This document shows, piece after piece, positions 47,341 to 47,418 of a stretch of 47,418 nt of DNA (position 1 is its first letter; each line of letters opens with the position of its first letter). Made by a program: the position numbers and the translations under genes. The notes under the pieces are model-generated. The model worked only from the letters and a program-made list of their open reading frames with translations. It searched no databases and was not told the origin of the DNA. Source of the DNA: a virus (lineage: Duplodnaviria > Caudoviricetes); IMG/VR virus record IMGVR_UViG_3300037307_000217, positions 1 through 47,418 of that record, one strand, 5' to 3'.

Positions 47341-47418
47341 AGGAGATTATCATGAAACTTCACGAACTACTTTCAATCGAGAAACAACAGGCTAGTCAAG
47401 TCAGTGTTCTGATCCAAG

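Overview
A 47 kb piece of a large T4-like (probably jumbo) myophage genome, with essentially all real genes on the + strand. It opens with virion adhesin/tail-fibre genes (Calx-beta domain; a long fibre with three LamG-like repeats), then a block of small early genes behind a repeated sigma70-like promoter. Across about 10-42 kb lies a dispersed set of 31 recognisable tRNA genes (18 amino acids; no Leu or His seen) plus one aberrant tRNA, mixed with accessory genes: two homing endonucleases, a radical SAM enzyme, a HlyD/Zn-ribbon/GT2 polysaccharide-synthesis-like operon, a metallophosphoesterase, RNA ligase, PseT-like kinase/phosphatase, dNMP kinase, papain-like protease, a GGQ release-factor-like protein and a SleB hydrolase. 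It ends with J-domain/kinase-like, vWA, gp14, gp15 and PurA-like genes. The most striking signal is a family of 11 non-coding elements of about 65-140 nt. They share a covarying two-helix scaffold (GAATG..GGGAYTACAT..cargo..RTCTY..YTTGTC) that resembles the Ro60/Rsr-binding stem of Y RNAs. Each carries a different tRNA-derived cargo: two hold circularly permuted tRNA bodies and several display anticodon loops for different amino acids. About seven single-base frameshifts in otherwise intact genes suggest assembly indel errors. All structures were read by eye; no searches or folding programs were run.
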